Positions 8,302 through 17,895 of a DNA stretch of 64,000 bases are shown here, in pieces; the first letter of the stretch is position 1; each line of letters opens with the position of its first letter. The notes under the pieces were generated by a model. It saw only the letters and a list, made by a program, of their open reading frames with translations, had not been told where the DNA came from and ran no database searches. The stretch comes from Terrimicrobiaceae bacterium (GTDB lineage: Bacteria > Verrucomicrobiota > Verrucomicrobiia > Chthoniobacterales > Terrimicrobiaceae): positions 36,418 to 100,417 of the forward strand of contig JBIIPZ010000004.1 of the NCBI GenBank assembly GCA_044342325.1, in the 5' to 3' direction. The translations under genes were made by a program, and so were the position numbers.

Positions 8302-9782
8302 GTGCCGCCAGTAAAACCTTTCTGGCTGTCGATCTGGGCGCTTCAGGTGGCCGCGTGATGGCTGGACATTTCGATGGATCCCGACTCGAAATCGAAGAGG
8401 GCGCGCGATTTCCGAACAGTGGCATGCAAACAGCCGACGGGTGGCATTGGGATGCGGAGGGTCTTTTTAAGGAAATCACACAGGGCCTCGCTGCCGCCGG
8501 CGCGCGTTTCGGGGGTAATATCGTCTCCGTGGCGGTTGATACTTGGGGAGTGGATTACGCATTGATCGGGCCGGAGGGCACGGCTCTTAACGAACCTTGG
8601 ATGTATCGGGATTCGCGCACGGATGGCATGATTTCCGAAGCTGCCCGCCTCGTCGGCGAAGAAAAAATCTGGAACCGCACGGGGATTCAGCCGCTGTTCT
8701 TTAATACGATCTACCAGCTCATGGCTGAGTCCAGGCTGACGCCGCAGGTATTAAAACAAGCGCAGAGCCTGCTTTTCATGCCAGATTACCTGAATTACCG
8801 GCTTTGTGGCGTGAGGGCCATCGAGCGGACCATCGCGAGCACATCTGGCCTCCTCCGTGCGGGCACGGCGGAATGGGATGCCGAACTGGCCGAAACACTC
8901 GGAATCCCCGCTCACATTTTGGGCAAAGTCACCGAACCGGGCGTCATTCTTGGTGAACTCACCGAATCCCTCGCCGCTGCTGCCGGCCTGCGAGGCGTGA
9001 AAGTATCCACCTGCGGAAGCCACGACACCGCGTCGGCCGTGGCTGGCGTGCCATCGCGCTCCAATCCGCTCTTTTTGAGCTCCGGCACCTGGTCGCTTTT
9101 AGGAATCGAGTTAGCAGCCCCAGTCCTCAGCCAAGAAGCCTTTGACGCGAAATTCTCCAACGAGCAAGGCCTCGAGGGCACCACGCGCTTCTTGACCAAT
9201 ATCGCAGGCATGTGGCTCCTCCAGGAATGCCGCCGCGTCTGGGCTGAGCAGGGGCATGCGATGGAGTATGGCGAAATGGTCGAAATGGCTCGAAATGCCA
9301 GCGCCGTAGCATTGATTGATCCCGATGCAGCAGAGTTTGGCAAACCCTGCGATATGCCACAGGCCATTTTGGACTGGATCAAAAAAACGAACCAACCCAC
9401 CCCGGCATCCAAGGCCGAAATCATCCGCGTCATCCTGGAGAGCCTCGCCGTTAAATACAGCCTGATGATTCAGAGGTTGAAAAACATGATCCCGGACCTG
9501 CCGGACACCCTTCAAATCGTCGGCGGAGGCTGCCGCAATGCATTGCTCAATCAAATGACCGCTGACGCCACCGGTCTCCGCGTGGAAGCAGGCCCCGTCG
9601 AGGCAACGGCTTCAGGCAACATCATCGCACAGCTCATCGCCACCGGAGAAATCAAATCCCTCGCCGAGGGACGCGAAATTTTGCGCAATTCCTGCAATCC
9701 TCAAATCCACGAGCCTGTTCGCAGCGTAACATGGTCTGAGAAGGTTCAGCGTTTCCTCCACATCCAATCAACACTTTCATGA
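8298..9782 (+). CDS. rhaB: Rhamnulokinase
   Basis: LAVDLGASGGR, DTWGVDY, YRDSRT, SHDTASA, SSGTWSL. Confidence 0.9.
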   Translation: MSAASKTFLAVDLGASGGRVMAGHFDGSRLEIEEGARFPNSGMQTADGWHWDAEGLFKEITQGLAAAGARFGGNIVSVAVDTWGVDYALIGPEGTALNEPWMYRDSRTDGMISEAARLVGEEKIWNRTGIQPLFFNTIYQLMAESRLTPQVLKQAQSLLFMPDYLNYRLCGVRAIERTIASTSGLLRAGTAEWDAELAETLGIPAHILGKVTEPGVILGELTESLAAAAGLRGVKVSTCGSHDTASAVAGVPSRSNPLFLSSGTWSLLGIELAAPVLSQEAFDAKFSNEQGLEGTTRFLTNIAGMWLLQECRRVWAEQGHAMEYGEMVEMARNASAVALIDPDAAEFGKPCDMPQAILDWIKKTNQPTPASKAEIIRVILESLAVKYSLMIQRLKNMIPDLPDTLQIVGGGCRNALLNQMTADATGLRVEAGPVEATASGNIIAQLIATGEIKSLAEGREILRNSCNPQIHEPVRSVTWSEKVQRFLHIQSTLS

Positions 9783-10537
9783 CACAAAGCCCCGCCCGCA
9801 CCACTGGACGCACTGTTCAGCTCATGGCCACTTGCCTCTGCGATGCTTTTTTCGACGATGTAGCAAAAGCGACCGTCGAAGTGCTCGAACACGCCGGCTG
9901 CGAAGTCGAGTTCCCGGAGAACCAGACCTGCTGCGGCCAACCGGCCTTCAATTGTGGCGACTGGCCGGCCTCGCGCGAGGTCATGCGCCACACCACGCGC
10001 GTGTTCGAGGGCGACAAGCCGGTCATCGTGCCATCCGGTTCCTGCGCCGCGATGCTCTTCCACGGCGCCCCGCTCGAGTTCGAAAAGGAAAAAGACCTCC
10101 CGACCGTGCAAAAACTCGCCAACCGCACTTGGGAGCTTGCCGATTTTCTCGTGAATGGCCTCGGCATCGAAAAATGGCCCGGTCGATTTCCGGCCCGCAT
10201 CGCCTTTCACCGAGCCTGCCACACGCGCGGCACCGGCAGCGGCGAGGCGGCTTTGAAGCTCCTCCAGTCCATCAATGGACTCGAGGTCATTCCATTCGGC
10301 GAGGCCGAGCAGTGCTGCGGCTTTGGCGGCACATTCTCGGTAAGCTTCCCGCATGTTTCATCGTCTATGGGATGTCTTAAACTTGAGCACATGACAGCGG
10401 CCAATCCCGACTTTATAGTCTCCGGAGACATGAGTTGCCTCATGCACCTCGGCGGCTTGGCCGATCGCGGTGGGCAGCCGGTCAAAACACTCCACTTCGT
10501 GCAAATCCTCCAAAGCGCCCTCCACCGTCATGCCTGA
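9779..10537 (+). CDS. lutA: L-lactate utilization protein A (CCG-domain Fe-S)
   Basis: QTCCGQP, PSGSC, CCGFGGTF, SCLMH. Confidence 0.88.
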   Translation: MTQSPARTTGRTVQLMATCLCDAFFDDVAKATVEVLEHAGCEVEFPENQTCCGQPAFNCGDWPASREVMRHTTRVFEGDKPVIVPSGSCAAMLFHGAPLEFEKEKDLPTVQKLANRTWELADFLVNGLGIEKWPGRFPARIAFHRACHTRGTGSGEAALKLLQSINGLEVIPFGEAEQCCGFGGTFSVSFPHVSSSMGCLKLEHMTAANPDFIVSGDMSCLMHLGGLADRGGQPVKTLHFVQILQSALHRHA

Positions 10538-11918
10538 ACAAAAAATCGAACTCTTCGCACGCCGCCTCGATCGGGGCGTTCAGCAAGCCGTCCACAACAA
10601 CAGTGCGGCCGGCACCGAGAAGCGTTACAGCGTCCTCGGCACAGACTACTCCGCTCCCGACGATCTCCGCCGCCTCGCCGGACAGATCCGCCAGCATTCG
10701 ATCGAGCACCTCGATACCTATCTCGAGCAGGCCGAGCAAAGCCTCAAACGCCAAGGCGCTCAGGTTCACTACGCTGTCACGGCCGAGGACGCCTGCCGCG
10801 CGGTATCGGATATTCTTCAGAAAGCCGGCGCCAAAAAGGTCGTGAAGTCGAAGAGTATGATCTCCGAGGAGATTCATCTGAACGACCACCTCGGATCCGT
10901 CGGCATCGAGTCCGTCGAAACCGACCTCGGCGAATACATCATCCAGATCGATGGCGACCACCCCAGCCACATCGTCAAACCGATCATCCACAAAAACCGC
11001 CGCGATATCGCGAAGAGCTTCGAGCGCGAGGGCCTAGGCGACTACAACGACGACCCGGAAACAATCACCCGCCGCGCCCGTGTTTTCATGCGGGACAAAT
11101 ACCTGCAAGCGGATGCTGGCATCACCGGCGCGAACTTCGTTTCCGCCGAGAGCGGTCGCCTCGTGTTGGTGACCAACGAAGGTAACTCCCGCTTCTGCCT
11201 CGCCGCTCCGAAGATTCACATCGCCCTCGTGGGAATCGAGAAAGTCATCCCCTCGGATGCCGAACTCGCCGTTCTTCTGAACCTTCTTGGCCGCTCCGCT
11301 ACCGGCCAGCAGCTCACTGTTTACACCGAGTTCATCAACGGCCCCGCCCGCACGGACCGGCCCTCCGGCCCACAAGAAATGCATGTCATTTTCGTGGACA
11401 ACCAACGCTCGGAAATTCTCGCTTCCGACTGCCGCGAAATCCTGCGCTGCATCCGCTGCGGAGCCTGTTTGAATGTCTGTCCCGTTTATCGCCAAGCCTC
11501 CGGCCACGCCTACCGTAGTGTTTACCCTGGCCCTGTTGGCGCGGTTCTTTCACCTCTCCTCGCCGGCAAGAACTTCAAACAACTCGCCGATCTTCCCAAA
11601 GCCTCCAGCCTCTGCGGCGCCTGCAATGAGGTGTGCCCGGTGGATATCCCGATTCCTGACCTGCTCCTCAAGCTCCGCAACCGTGGGCATGAGGAACACG
11701 CTCCTTCGCCCGGCACGCCGCCAATGGGCGCCTTTGCCAAGCTGGCCTCCAGCCCGATGCTCTGGCGCTTCGCCATGAAGAGCAACAAGGTCATGAACCT
11801 CGTGCCTCTGGAAAAACTTCCGCTTCCCTACCTGCAACCCTGGCTGAAAACCCGCACGCTCCCCGAGTGGCGCGGCGGTGAGTTCCGCTCTTGGATGAAA
11901 GACCGCCGCAAAAAATGA
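10530..11918 (+). CDS. lutB: L-lactate utilization protein B (Fe-S)
   Basis: KSKSM, ETDLGEYI, TNEGN, CIRCGACLNVCP; start placed at ATG 10530. Confidence 0.9.
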   Translation: MPEQKIELFARRLDRGVQQAVHNNSAAGTEKRYSVLGTDYSAPDDLRRLAGQIRQHSIEHLDTYLEQAEQSLKRQGAQVHYAVTAEDACRAVSDILQKAGAKKVVKSKSMISEEIHLNDHLGSVGIESVETDLGEYIIQIDGDHPSHIVKPIIHKNRRDIAKSFEREGLGDYNDDPETITRRARVFMRDKYLQADAGITGANFVSAESGRLVLVTNEGNSRFCLAAPKIHIALVGIEKVIPSDAELAVLLNLLGRSATGQQLTVYTEFINGPARTDRPSGPQEMHVIFVDNQRSEILASDCREILRCIRCGACLNVCPVYRQASGHAYRSVYPGPVGAVLSPLLAGKNFKQLADLPKASSLCGACNEVCPVDIPIPDLLLKLRNRGHEEHAPSPGTPPMGAFAKLASSPMLWRFAMKSNKVMNLVPLEKLPLPYLQPWLKTRTLPEWRGGEFRSWMKDRRKK

Positions 11919-12523
11919 GCACCGCCCGCGAACAAATCTTCTCCAGCCTCCGTGCCGCCCTCGCCCCATTGCCTGAACGCACAGCTCGCCCTGTTTTCTC
12001 AAAAGATGTCGCCGAGCCGCACTGGCTCGCCGCCGCGGCGGATTCCCTCGCCCTCTTCCAGAAACGGGCTGAGGCCACCGGCACAAAATGTTTTACTGAT
12101 CTGGAGTCCTGCGCCGCCTGGCTTCGCGGCCAAGGCGTCCGCACCGTTTACATTCCAGCCCCGCTGACTCGCCTCGCTGCGCTCTGTTCGGAATTCTGTG
12201 AAGTCACTTCCGAATACAACCGCGCCCGGGTCAATGAGATCGACGCCGCTTTCACGCCCGCCGCCGGAGCCATTGCAGAATCCGGCTCCATCATTCTAAG
12301 CGACGAATCCACCCCCGACCGCCTCGCAGCCCTTGCCCCATGGCATCACATCGCCTTGGTAAGCCGCGCCGAGATACACCGCACCATCGCCGATGCTCTC
12401 GCGGCCATGCCGGACGATCCCAACCTCATCTGGGTGACGGGTCCCTCGAAGACAGCCGATGTCGAAGGCATCCTCATCCAAGGCGTCCACGGCCCCGGCG
12501 CCCAAGCGTGTTTGATTCTTTAA
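11915..12523 (+). CDS. lutC: L-lactate utilization protein C (LUD domain)
   Basis: AIAESGS, TGPSKTADVE...GVHGP; ATGA overlap with lutB. Confidence 0.88.
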   Translation: MSTAREQIFSSLRAALAPLPERTARPVFSKDVAEPHWLAAAADSLALFQKRAEATGTKCFTDLESCAAWLRGQGVRTVYIPAPLTRLAALCSEFCEVTSEYNRARVNEIDAAFTPAAGAIAESGSIILSDESTPDRLAALAPWHHIALVSRAEIHRTIADALAAMPDDPNLIWVTGPSKTADVEGILIQGVHGPGAQACLIL

Positions 12524-14436
12524 AAATTCCGACCCGCCGAGTCAGTCAGGCTCTCTGTCTGGCGGCTTTTTCTGCTCTTTTTGCGATCCCTTCAGCCTGC
12601 GCGTTCGATCCCGCAGTGGCGCCCTCGGCGGAGGATCGCCGGAAAGTGCTCGAGCAGGGATTCGCTGCATCGCTCCAAGAGATCGAGAGGGCTTTGACTC
12701 TTGCCTACAGCCCTGAAAAAAACGCCTCCTCCGCAAAGAATGCCGCTTTTGTCCAGTGGATGGACCTCTGGCGTTGGTGTGATCTGCTTTCGAGGGATGT
12801 CGCATCTGAGGAACGCGGGCTTGTGCAGCGCCACTTCCTCCGCCGAAGCGGATCGGGTGAAATCATTCTCTGTCCACCGGGAGTCGTGCCGCCACCGGAT
12901 GCCGCACCGCTGCGCTCGGACGAGGTCGCTTCATTGACTGCTGCGTCCAATGTGCGCCAGGCCGTTGCTGCGCAGCTTCTGCCTCCAGGTGCCCCCGCCA
13001 CGGCCGGCCAGCTCGCCGATATTGCCGGGACACCGCTTGCCTCAGCAATCATGTCCGATCCCGATATCCTGCGGTCCTTCCTTTCCACATGGGACTCCCG
13101 GGATTTCGCTCCGCTCGTCTTAAAAAACCTCAGCTCCATTCACGAGGCGCATCCCTCCAAATGGCGCGAGTATGCCGACCTAGCCATCGCCATCGCCGTG
13201 GTGAACGACTCCGCGCTGCCCCCCCACTGGCCCCACCAGCAGGTCCGTCCCGACCTCGTGCCAAGGGATATTCCATCCCCCGCAGAGCAATTCCGCCGCT
13301 GGGTCGATGCCAACGAGCGTGGCCGCCTCCTCCTCGACCTGCGCCGCTTCACCGCCGACCAGCTCACCTTCGTGGTCGATGCCTTCCTTCCCCCCTCGGA
13401 GACCGCTTGGGCCCAACAAAACATTTCGCTGCATGTCGGAGTTTTCGCCCGAGCCTTCCGATCGATCCGCTATCGAGAAGACCGCATCAAACAAGGGCGC
13501 TTCTTTTGGACCCAGAGTCCCTACACCTTCGCCGCCATCCGAAAAAACGGCGGCATCTGCATCGACCAGGCGTATTTCGCTGCCTACACCGGCAAGGCAC
13601 TCGGGCTCCCCACTGTTCTCTTCAATGGCCAAGGCAGCAACGGCGGCCACGCCTGGTTCGGCTACATGGGCGCTCCAAACAAATGGGAACTCGATTGCGG
13701 CCGCGACCCCGTGCAGAACCTCGTCACCGGCATTGCCTTCGATCCCCGCACATGGGAACCGGTGAGCGACCACGAACTCCGCCAACTCGTCGCCCGCTTC
13801 CGCAGCACCCCGGCATTCCTTGCCTCGACGAACGACCTCGCCATGGCGCGCATCTTTTTGAAATCCGGCGACACTGCCCGCGCCGCCGCCGCGCTCGAAA
13901 ATGCCACCCGCACCTGCCCGCAAAATCCCGAGGTCTGGCTGCGATGGACCGAGTTTCTGGAGACATCCGGCGCCCCCCTCGAGCGCCGCATTCGCATTCA
14001 CGAGCAGGCCGCAAAAGCCCTCTCCCGCGACCCCGACTCCAAAGTCGTCCATCAAAAAGCCGTCGCCACCCTGCTGCGCCAGAGCGGAAATTCCGCCCAG
14101 GCCACAGCCGCCGAGCAGCGCATTCTCTCGCAAAACCTCGGCAAGCGAGCCGATCTGAGCTGCGAAGCCGCCGCCTCCCGCGTCCGCGAGGCCCTCGCCA
14201 CCGAAGGCATCGACCAAGCCGCCACCGTCTTCCACGCCCAACTCCGCACCATCGGAAAAACAGGCGGTGGTAATTTCGTGAAGGAAGTCGGCCTCCCCTT
14301 CGTCAGCGCCCTCATCGAAAAAGGCCAAAAATCCCGAGCCCTGCGCACTGTGGACATCATGCGCCAACAATTCGCCCCCCAAACCGGCAGCCCCCTCGAT
14401 CTCGTCCTCAAAGAAATGACCCGCGAGTGCAAGTGA
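12508..14436 (+). CDS. Secreted hypothetical protein with transglutaminase-like core and TPR-like C-terminus
   Basis: Signal-like segment ending SACA; GGICIDQAY...GHAWF...WELD; start uncertain (GTG 12508 chosen). Confidence 0.55.
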   Translation: MFDSLKIPTRRVSQALCLAAFSALFAIPSACAFDPAVAPSAEDRRKVLEQGFAASLQEIERALTLAYSPEKNASSAKNAAFVQWMDLWRWCDLLSRDVASEERGLVQRHFLRRSGSGEIILCPPGVVPPPDAAPLRSDEVASLTAASNVRQAVAAQLLPPGAPATAGQLADIAGTPLASAIMSDPDILRSFLSTWDSRDFAPLVLKNLSSIHEAHPSKWREYADLAIAIAVVNDSALPPHWPHQQVRPDLVPRDIPSPAEQFRRWVDANERGRLLLDLRRFTADQLTFVVDAFLPPSETAWAQQNISLHVGVFARAFRSIRYREDRIKQGRFFWTQSPYTFAAIRKNGGICIDQAYFAAYTGKALGLPTVLFNGQGSNGGHAWFGYMGAPNKWELDCGRDPVQNLVTGIAFDPRTWEPVSDHELRQLVARFRSTPAFLASTNDLAMARIFLKSGDTARAAAALENATRTCPQNPEVWLRWTEFLETSGAPLERRIRIHEQAAKALSRDPDSKVVHQKAVATLLRQSGNSAQATAAEQRILSQNLGKRADLSCEAAASRVREALATEGIDQAATVFHAQLRTIGKTGGGNFVKEVGLPFVSALIEKGQKSRALRTVDIMRQQFAPQTGSPLDLVLKEMTRECK

Positions 14437-14456
14437 GTTTTTACAGAAGAAGGGGG

Positions 14457-14558
14457 CACGGGCGTCCCGTCCGTGAAGCGTGCCTGCGGAAATGTCCTGC
14501 CGCAGCCGAGCAGAGCTTCTTCTTCTCCTGAAAACTGAACCTCTGAAAACTGAAAACT
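14457..14558. repeat. REP-like hairpin plus CTGAAAA heptamer repeats
   Basis: CACGGGCG-TCC-CGTCCGTG at 14457-14475; CTGAAAA CTGAA CCT CTGAAAA CTGAAAA at 14528-14556. Confidence 0.5.
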
Positions 14559-14622
14559 CATGCGGCTCCGCATGCGCGCGAATTTTTTTCCCAACGCATG
14601 CTGCTTTGCTACGCTCCTCTCG

Positions 14623-15492
14623 ATGCCCAAGCCTTCCACTGTTTCCAACCCTGCTGAGTTACTGGCTTATTGTTTCGAGGCTTGGCCGGATCTGAAGAAG
14701 AAGCAGATTCGCACTTGGCTGAAATTTCAGGCGATCACGGTGAATGGGCGTCCGATCTCGCAGTTCAACCATCCGCTCGAGCCTGGAGATGTTGTCGCGG
14801 TGCGGAATGATCGCTATGCCGCGCCGCGATCCTTGGTCGGCTCGGGCATTCGCGTGTTTTTTGAGGATGCGGATATCATCGTCATCGACAAGCCGCCGAA
14901 CCTGCTCAGCATTGCCAGCGAGGCGGAACAGGAGCGGACGGCATACCATCAGCTCACCGACCATGTGCGCAGCGGCAACCCGATGGCCCGTGCGAGAGTT
15001 TGGATCGTGCACCGTCTGGACAAGGAGACCTCGGGCCTCATGGTTTTTGCCAAGACTCCCGAGGCGAAGGAAATCCTGCAATCCCGCTGGGACGATGCTG
15101 AGAAACGCTACGAAGCCGTTGTGGAAGGCCGCCTGCGGCAGAGTTCGGGCATTTTTGAGTCCGACCTGGATGAGACAAATCCCTACAAAGTTTTCAGTGT
15201 CGCCCGCAGCGAACACACCCGCCATGCGGTGACCCATTTTCGTGTGTTGGCATCGATTCCAAACCGCTCACTGGTCGAGCTGACCTTGGAAACCGGCCGC
15301 CGCCACCAGATTCGCGTGCAGCTTGCTGAAGCTGGCTGCCCGATCATCGGGGACAATAAATACGGAGCGAAGAGCAATCCCGCGAAGCGCCTAGGCCTGC
15401 ACTCAAGCGCGCTACGGTTTCCGCATCCTGTGACTGGCAAGGACATGGTATTCACCTGTCCGCTGCCCAAGGACTTGGCTCGGCTGGTGTAG
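14623..15492 (+). CDS. RluA/RluD family pseudouridine synthase
   Basis: IDKP, HRLDKETSG, TGRRHQIRV, PIIGDNKYG; start ATG 14623. Confidence 0.92.
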   Translation: MPKPSTVSNPAELLAYCFEAWPDLKKKQIRTWLKFQAITVNGRPISQFNHPLEPGDVVAVRNDRYAAPRSLVGSGIRVFFEDADIIVIDKPPNLLSIASEAEQERTAYHQLTDHVRSGNPMARARVWIVHRLDKETSGLMVFAKTPEAKEILQSRWDDAEKRYEAVVEGRLRQSSGIFESDLDETNPYKVFSVARSEHTRHAVTHFRVLASIPNRSLVELTLETGRRHQIRVQLAEAGCPIIGDNKYGAKSNPAKRLGLHSSALRFPHPVTGKDMVFTCPLPKDLARLV

Positions 15493-15519
15493 AGGGTTTT
15501 CTGCAGTGTGAATGATCAG

Positions 15520-17895
15520 CTATTCGCCGTCCCAGAGGAAATGTTCGAGGCGGAGTTGTTTGATGCGGTTTTTGGCTTCGAGGGAACGGGGACCATCGGT
15601 TGCGGCGAGGGTTTCGTAAACGCGGATGGCCTCGGGCCATTTTTGGGTGGACTCGAGGATGCGTGCGGCGGCGAAGCCAGCTTTGTAGAACCAGAAGAAC
15701 TCAGTGGAGGCTTGCGCCGTGGGTTTGAAGACATCGTAGTAGGTGGCAACGGCGGTATTGAGGTCGCCGGTTTTTTCGAGGGCGGTGCCGATGCGGGTCA
15801 GAGCCTCGTTGCGCCAAGCGGGGTCGGTGGGGTGCTCTGCTGCGATTTGTTTCCAGACTTCGATGGCAGCGCGGTAGTTGGCAGGGTCGTTGTCGCCGAG
15901 GGAGTAAAGGTTTTTGCCTTTTTCGATAAGTGCGGTGGCTCTGGTGTCGGAAGGGGGATTTGAGGAGAGGATTTTGTCGAGGACGAGATTTGCCTCGAGG
16001 GGCTTGCCTTGGGCGGCGATGAGGGAGGCTTGTTCGAGACGGGCTTGAGCTGCGAGGGCGCCGTTAGCGCTGGCGACTTCCTCGAAGAGTAAAATGGCCT
16101 CGTCAGGCGCGGTGGCGGAAGGTATGCGCGATACAGATTGGGCCGCTAGGAAGAGGGCGGGTTCGTCGTAGTCCGAGTCGGGGAATTTCCGGGCGAGGGT
16201 TTCGAGTTCGACACGGGCCGTAGCGAAGTCCCCCTGACGGTAGAGAAGTTCGCCGAGCTTCATTCTTACGGATGCTTCAGATTCGGTATTCTGGTAGGCG
16301 CCAAGAAAAGTGCGAGCCGTGGCGATGGCTTTTTCGGTGCTGGCGGGATTGCCATCATCGGTGAGGAAAACTTTGAGCGCAGCTTCCCGAGCGGGTTCCG
16401 CCTGAGTGGAAATGCGGCGGAGTTCGGCATCCGCCCCTGGGTAGTCGAGTTGCTGGTATTTCCACTCGGCGAGGGCGAGGCTTGCGCGGGATGCGATGCC
16501 TGGAGCGGGCGATCTTGCCAGGGCCTGGAGGGTGGACTCAGTGCGGGGATCGCCTTGGCGGGCGAGGTGGAAGGCCTCCTGCATGCGGAAGGCTGGAATG
16601 CGGGGACTGGACGGGAAATTTTTTGCCAGTTCTGCAAGTGCAGTATTTGGTGTGATCCCGGCGAAAAGTTGGCAGAGGGCGGCATTAAAAAGGGCGGACT
16701 CGGTGAGGTCGGAACTCGTGGCGGCGGAGGTGAAGGCGGTCGAAGCGGCAGCGTGGTCGCCTTTGCGCGAGAGGGCGAGCCCACGCAGGAAATCCGTGTG
16801 GGGCGATGAGCCTGCAGGCGGGAGGAGCGAGAGAGCCTCGTCGTTCCGGTTTAAACGAATGCGGAGGGCGGCAAGTTCGAAAAGCGTTTCCTCTGCAAGA
16901 GGGTTCGACGCCGGATCGGATGCTAGGCGTTCCAGAAGGGCAAGGGCGTTTTCCGGCGTCTTCTGGCGGGCTTCGAAACGGGCGAGGTAGTAGGTGGCGA
17001 GCCTCTGGCGTAGGCTCGGCTCCGGATCGCTGGACCAGCGTTTGAGTTCGCTCGAGGACGGGCTTGTCGCGCCAGAGTAGATTTCATCGAGTGACGCAAA
17101 GACATCTTTCAGGCCTGGCATGGAGGGGTGGGCGGCGATGAATTCCTCGAGAAGCGTCTCGGCTTCGGCGTTTCTCGAGAGGCGCTGGAGGGCTGTGGCT
17201 TGGAGGGTGATGGCTGAGACGGCCATGTCTGCATTGACTGGGGCCATTGATGCCAGAAGGCTAAGAACAAGGTCGTCATTCTCCTCCTGTGCGGCGGCTT
17301 TTGCGAGGAGGATGGTTTTGCGGGAGTTTTGGGAGGTGCTCTCGCTTGGAACTCTCTCGAGGTAGGCGCGGGCGTCAGTCAGCTTTTTTTGATCAAGCTG
17401 GATTTCCGCTAAATCCAGAAGCGCGGAGGATTTGATTGTGCCAGTTGGCCAGTTGGCGGTAGGTGCCAATGCGGAAGCTGCCTCCTCGAGTTTCCCCAGA
17501 TTTTTCAGCATCCGGGCGTTGCCGATGGCGGCCTCCTTTTGAAATTCAAAATCCGAAACGCGCGCCGCGCTGGCGTAGGCTTGGGCGGCATTGAGCCAAT
17601 CTCCGTTGGCGGCGAGTGCTTGGCCGAGCCAGAAATCGCGGGCGGGACCAGAAGGAATCCCAGACGAAGTGATCAGGGCCACGGCGGCCTCTGATTGGCG
17701 GGCTTCGATCAAGGCGCGGGCATAGAGAAGGTTTGCCTGGGCATCCGCCGTAGGGCTTCCGATTGATGGAATTTGCTGCTCAAGTTTTACCAGTGCAACC
17801 TGCGGGAATCCGTTCTCGAGGGCTTCACGGGCTTCGTCGAGAGGTGAGGCGCAGGCGAGGATGGGAGTGAGAAGAAGCGGCCAGAGGCGTTTCAT
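15520..17895 (-). CDS. Exported tetratricopeptide-repeat protein
   Basis: Signal peptide [16 protein letters not shown], many TPR-like helical repeats; ATGA overlap with the uvrA stop. Confidence 0.75.
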   Translation of the reverse strand: MKRLWPLLLTPILACASPLDEAREALENGFPQVALVKLEQQIPSIGSPTADAQANLLYARALIEARQSEAAVALITSSGIPSGPARDFWLGQALAANGDWLNAAQAYASAARVSDFEFQKEAAIGNARMLKNLGKLEEAASALAPTANWPTGTIKSSALLDLAEIQLDQKKLTDARAYLERVPSESTSQNSRKTILLAKAAAQEENDDLVLSLLASMAPVNADMAVSAITLQATALQRLSRNAEAETLLEEFIAAHPSMPGLKDVFASLDEIYSGATSPSSSELKRWSSDPEPSLRQRLATYYLARFEARQKTPENALALLERLASDPASNPLAEETLFELAALRIRLNRNDEALSLLPPAGSSPHTDFLRGLALSRKGDHAAASTAFTSAATSSDLTESALFNAALCQLFAGITPNTALAELAKNFPSSPRIPAFRMQEAFHLARQGDPRTESTLQALARSPAPGIASRASLALAEWKYQQLDYPGADAELRRISTQAEPAREAALKVFLTDDGNPASTEKAIATARTFLGAYQNTESEASVRMKLGELLYRQGDFATARVELETLARKFPDSDYDEPALFLAAQSVSRIPSATAPDEAILLFEEVASANGALAAQARLEQASLIAAQGKPLEANLVLDKILSSNPPSDTRATALIEKGKNLYSLGDNDPANYRAAIEVWKQIAAEHPTDPAWRNEALTRIGTALEKTGDLNTAVATYYDVFKPTAQASTEFFWFYKAGFAAARILESTQKWPEAIRVYETLAATDGPRSLEAKNRIKQLRLEHFLWDGE

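Noticed and set aside
13089..14382. 394-aa (+) and 400-aa (-) ORFs inside the 12508-14436 gene
   Set aside because: Arg/Pro-rich off-frame ORF and an antisense shadow, with no recognisable domains
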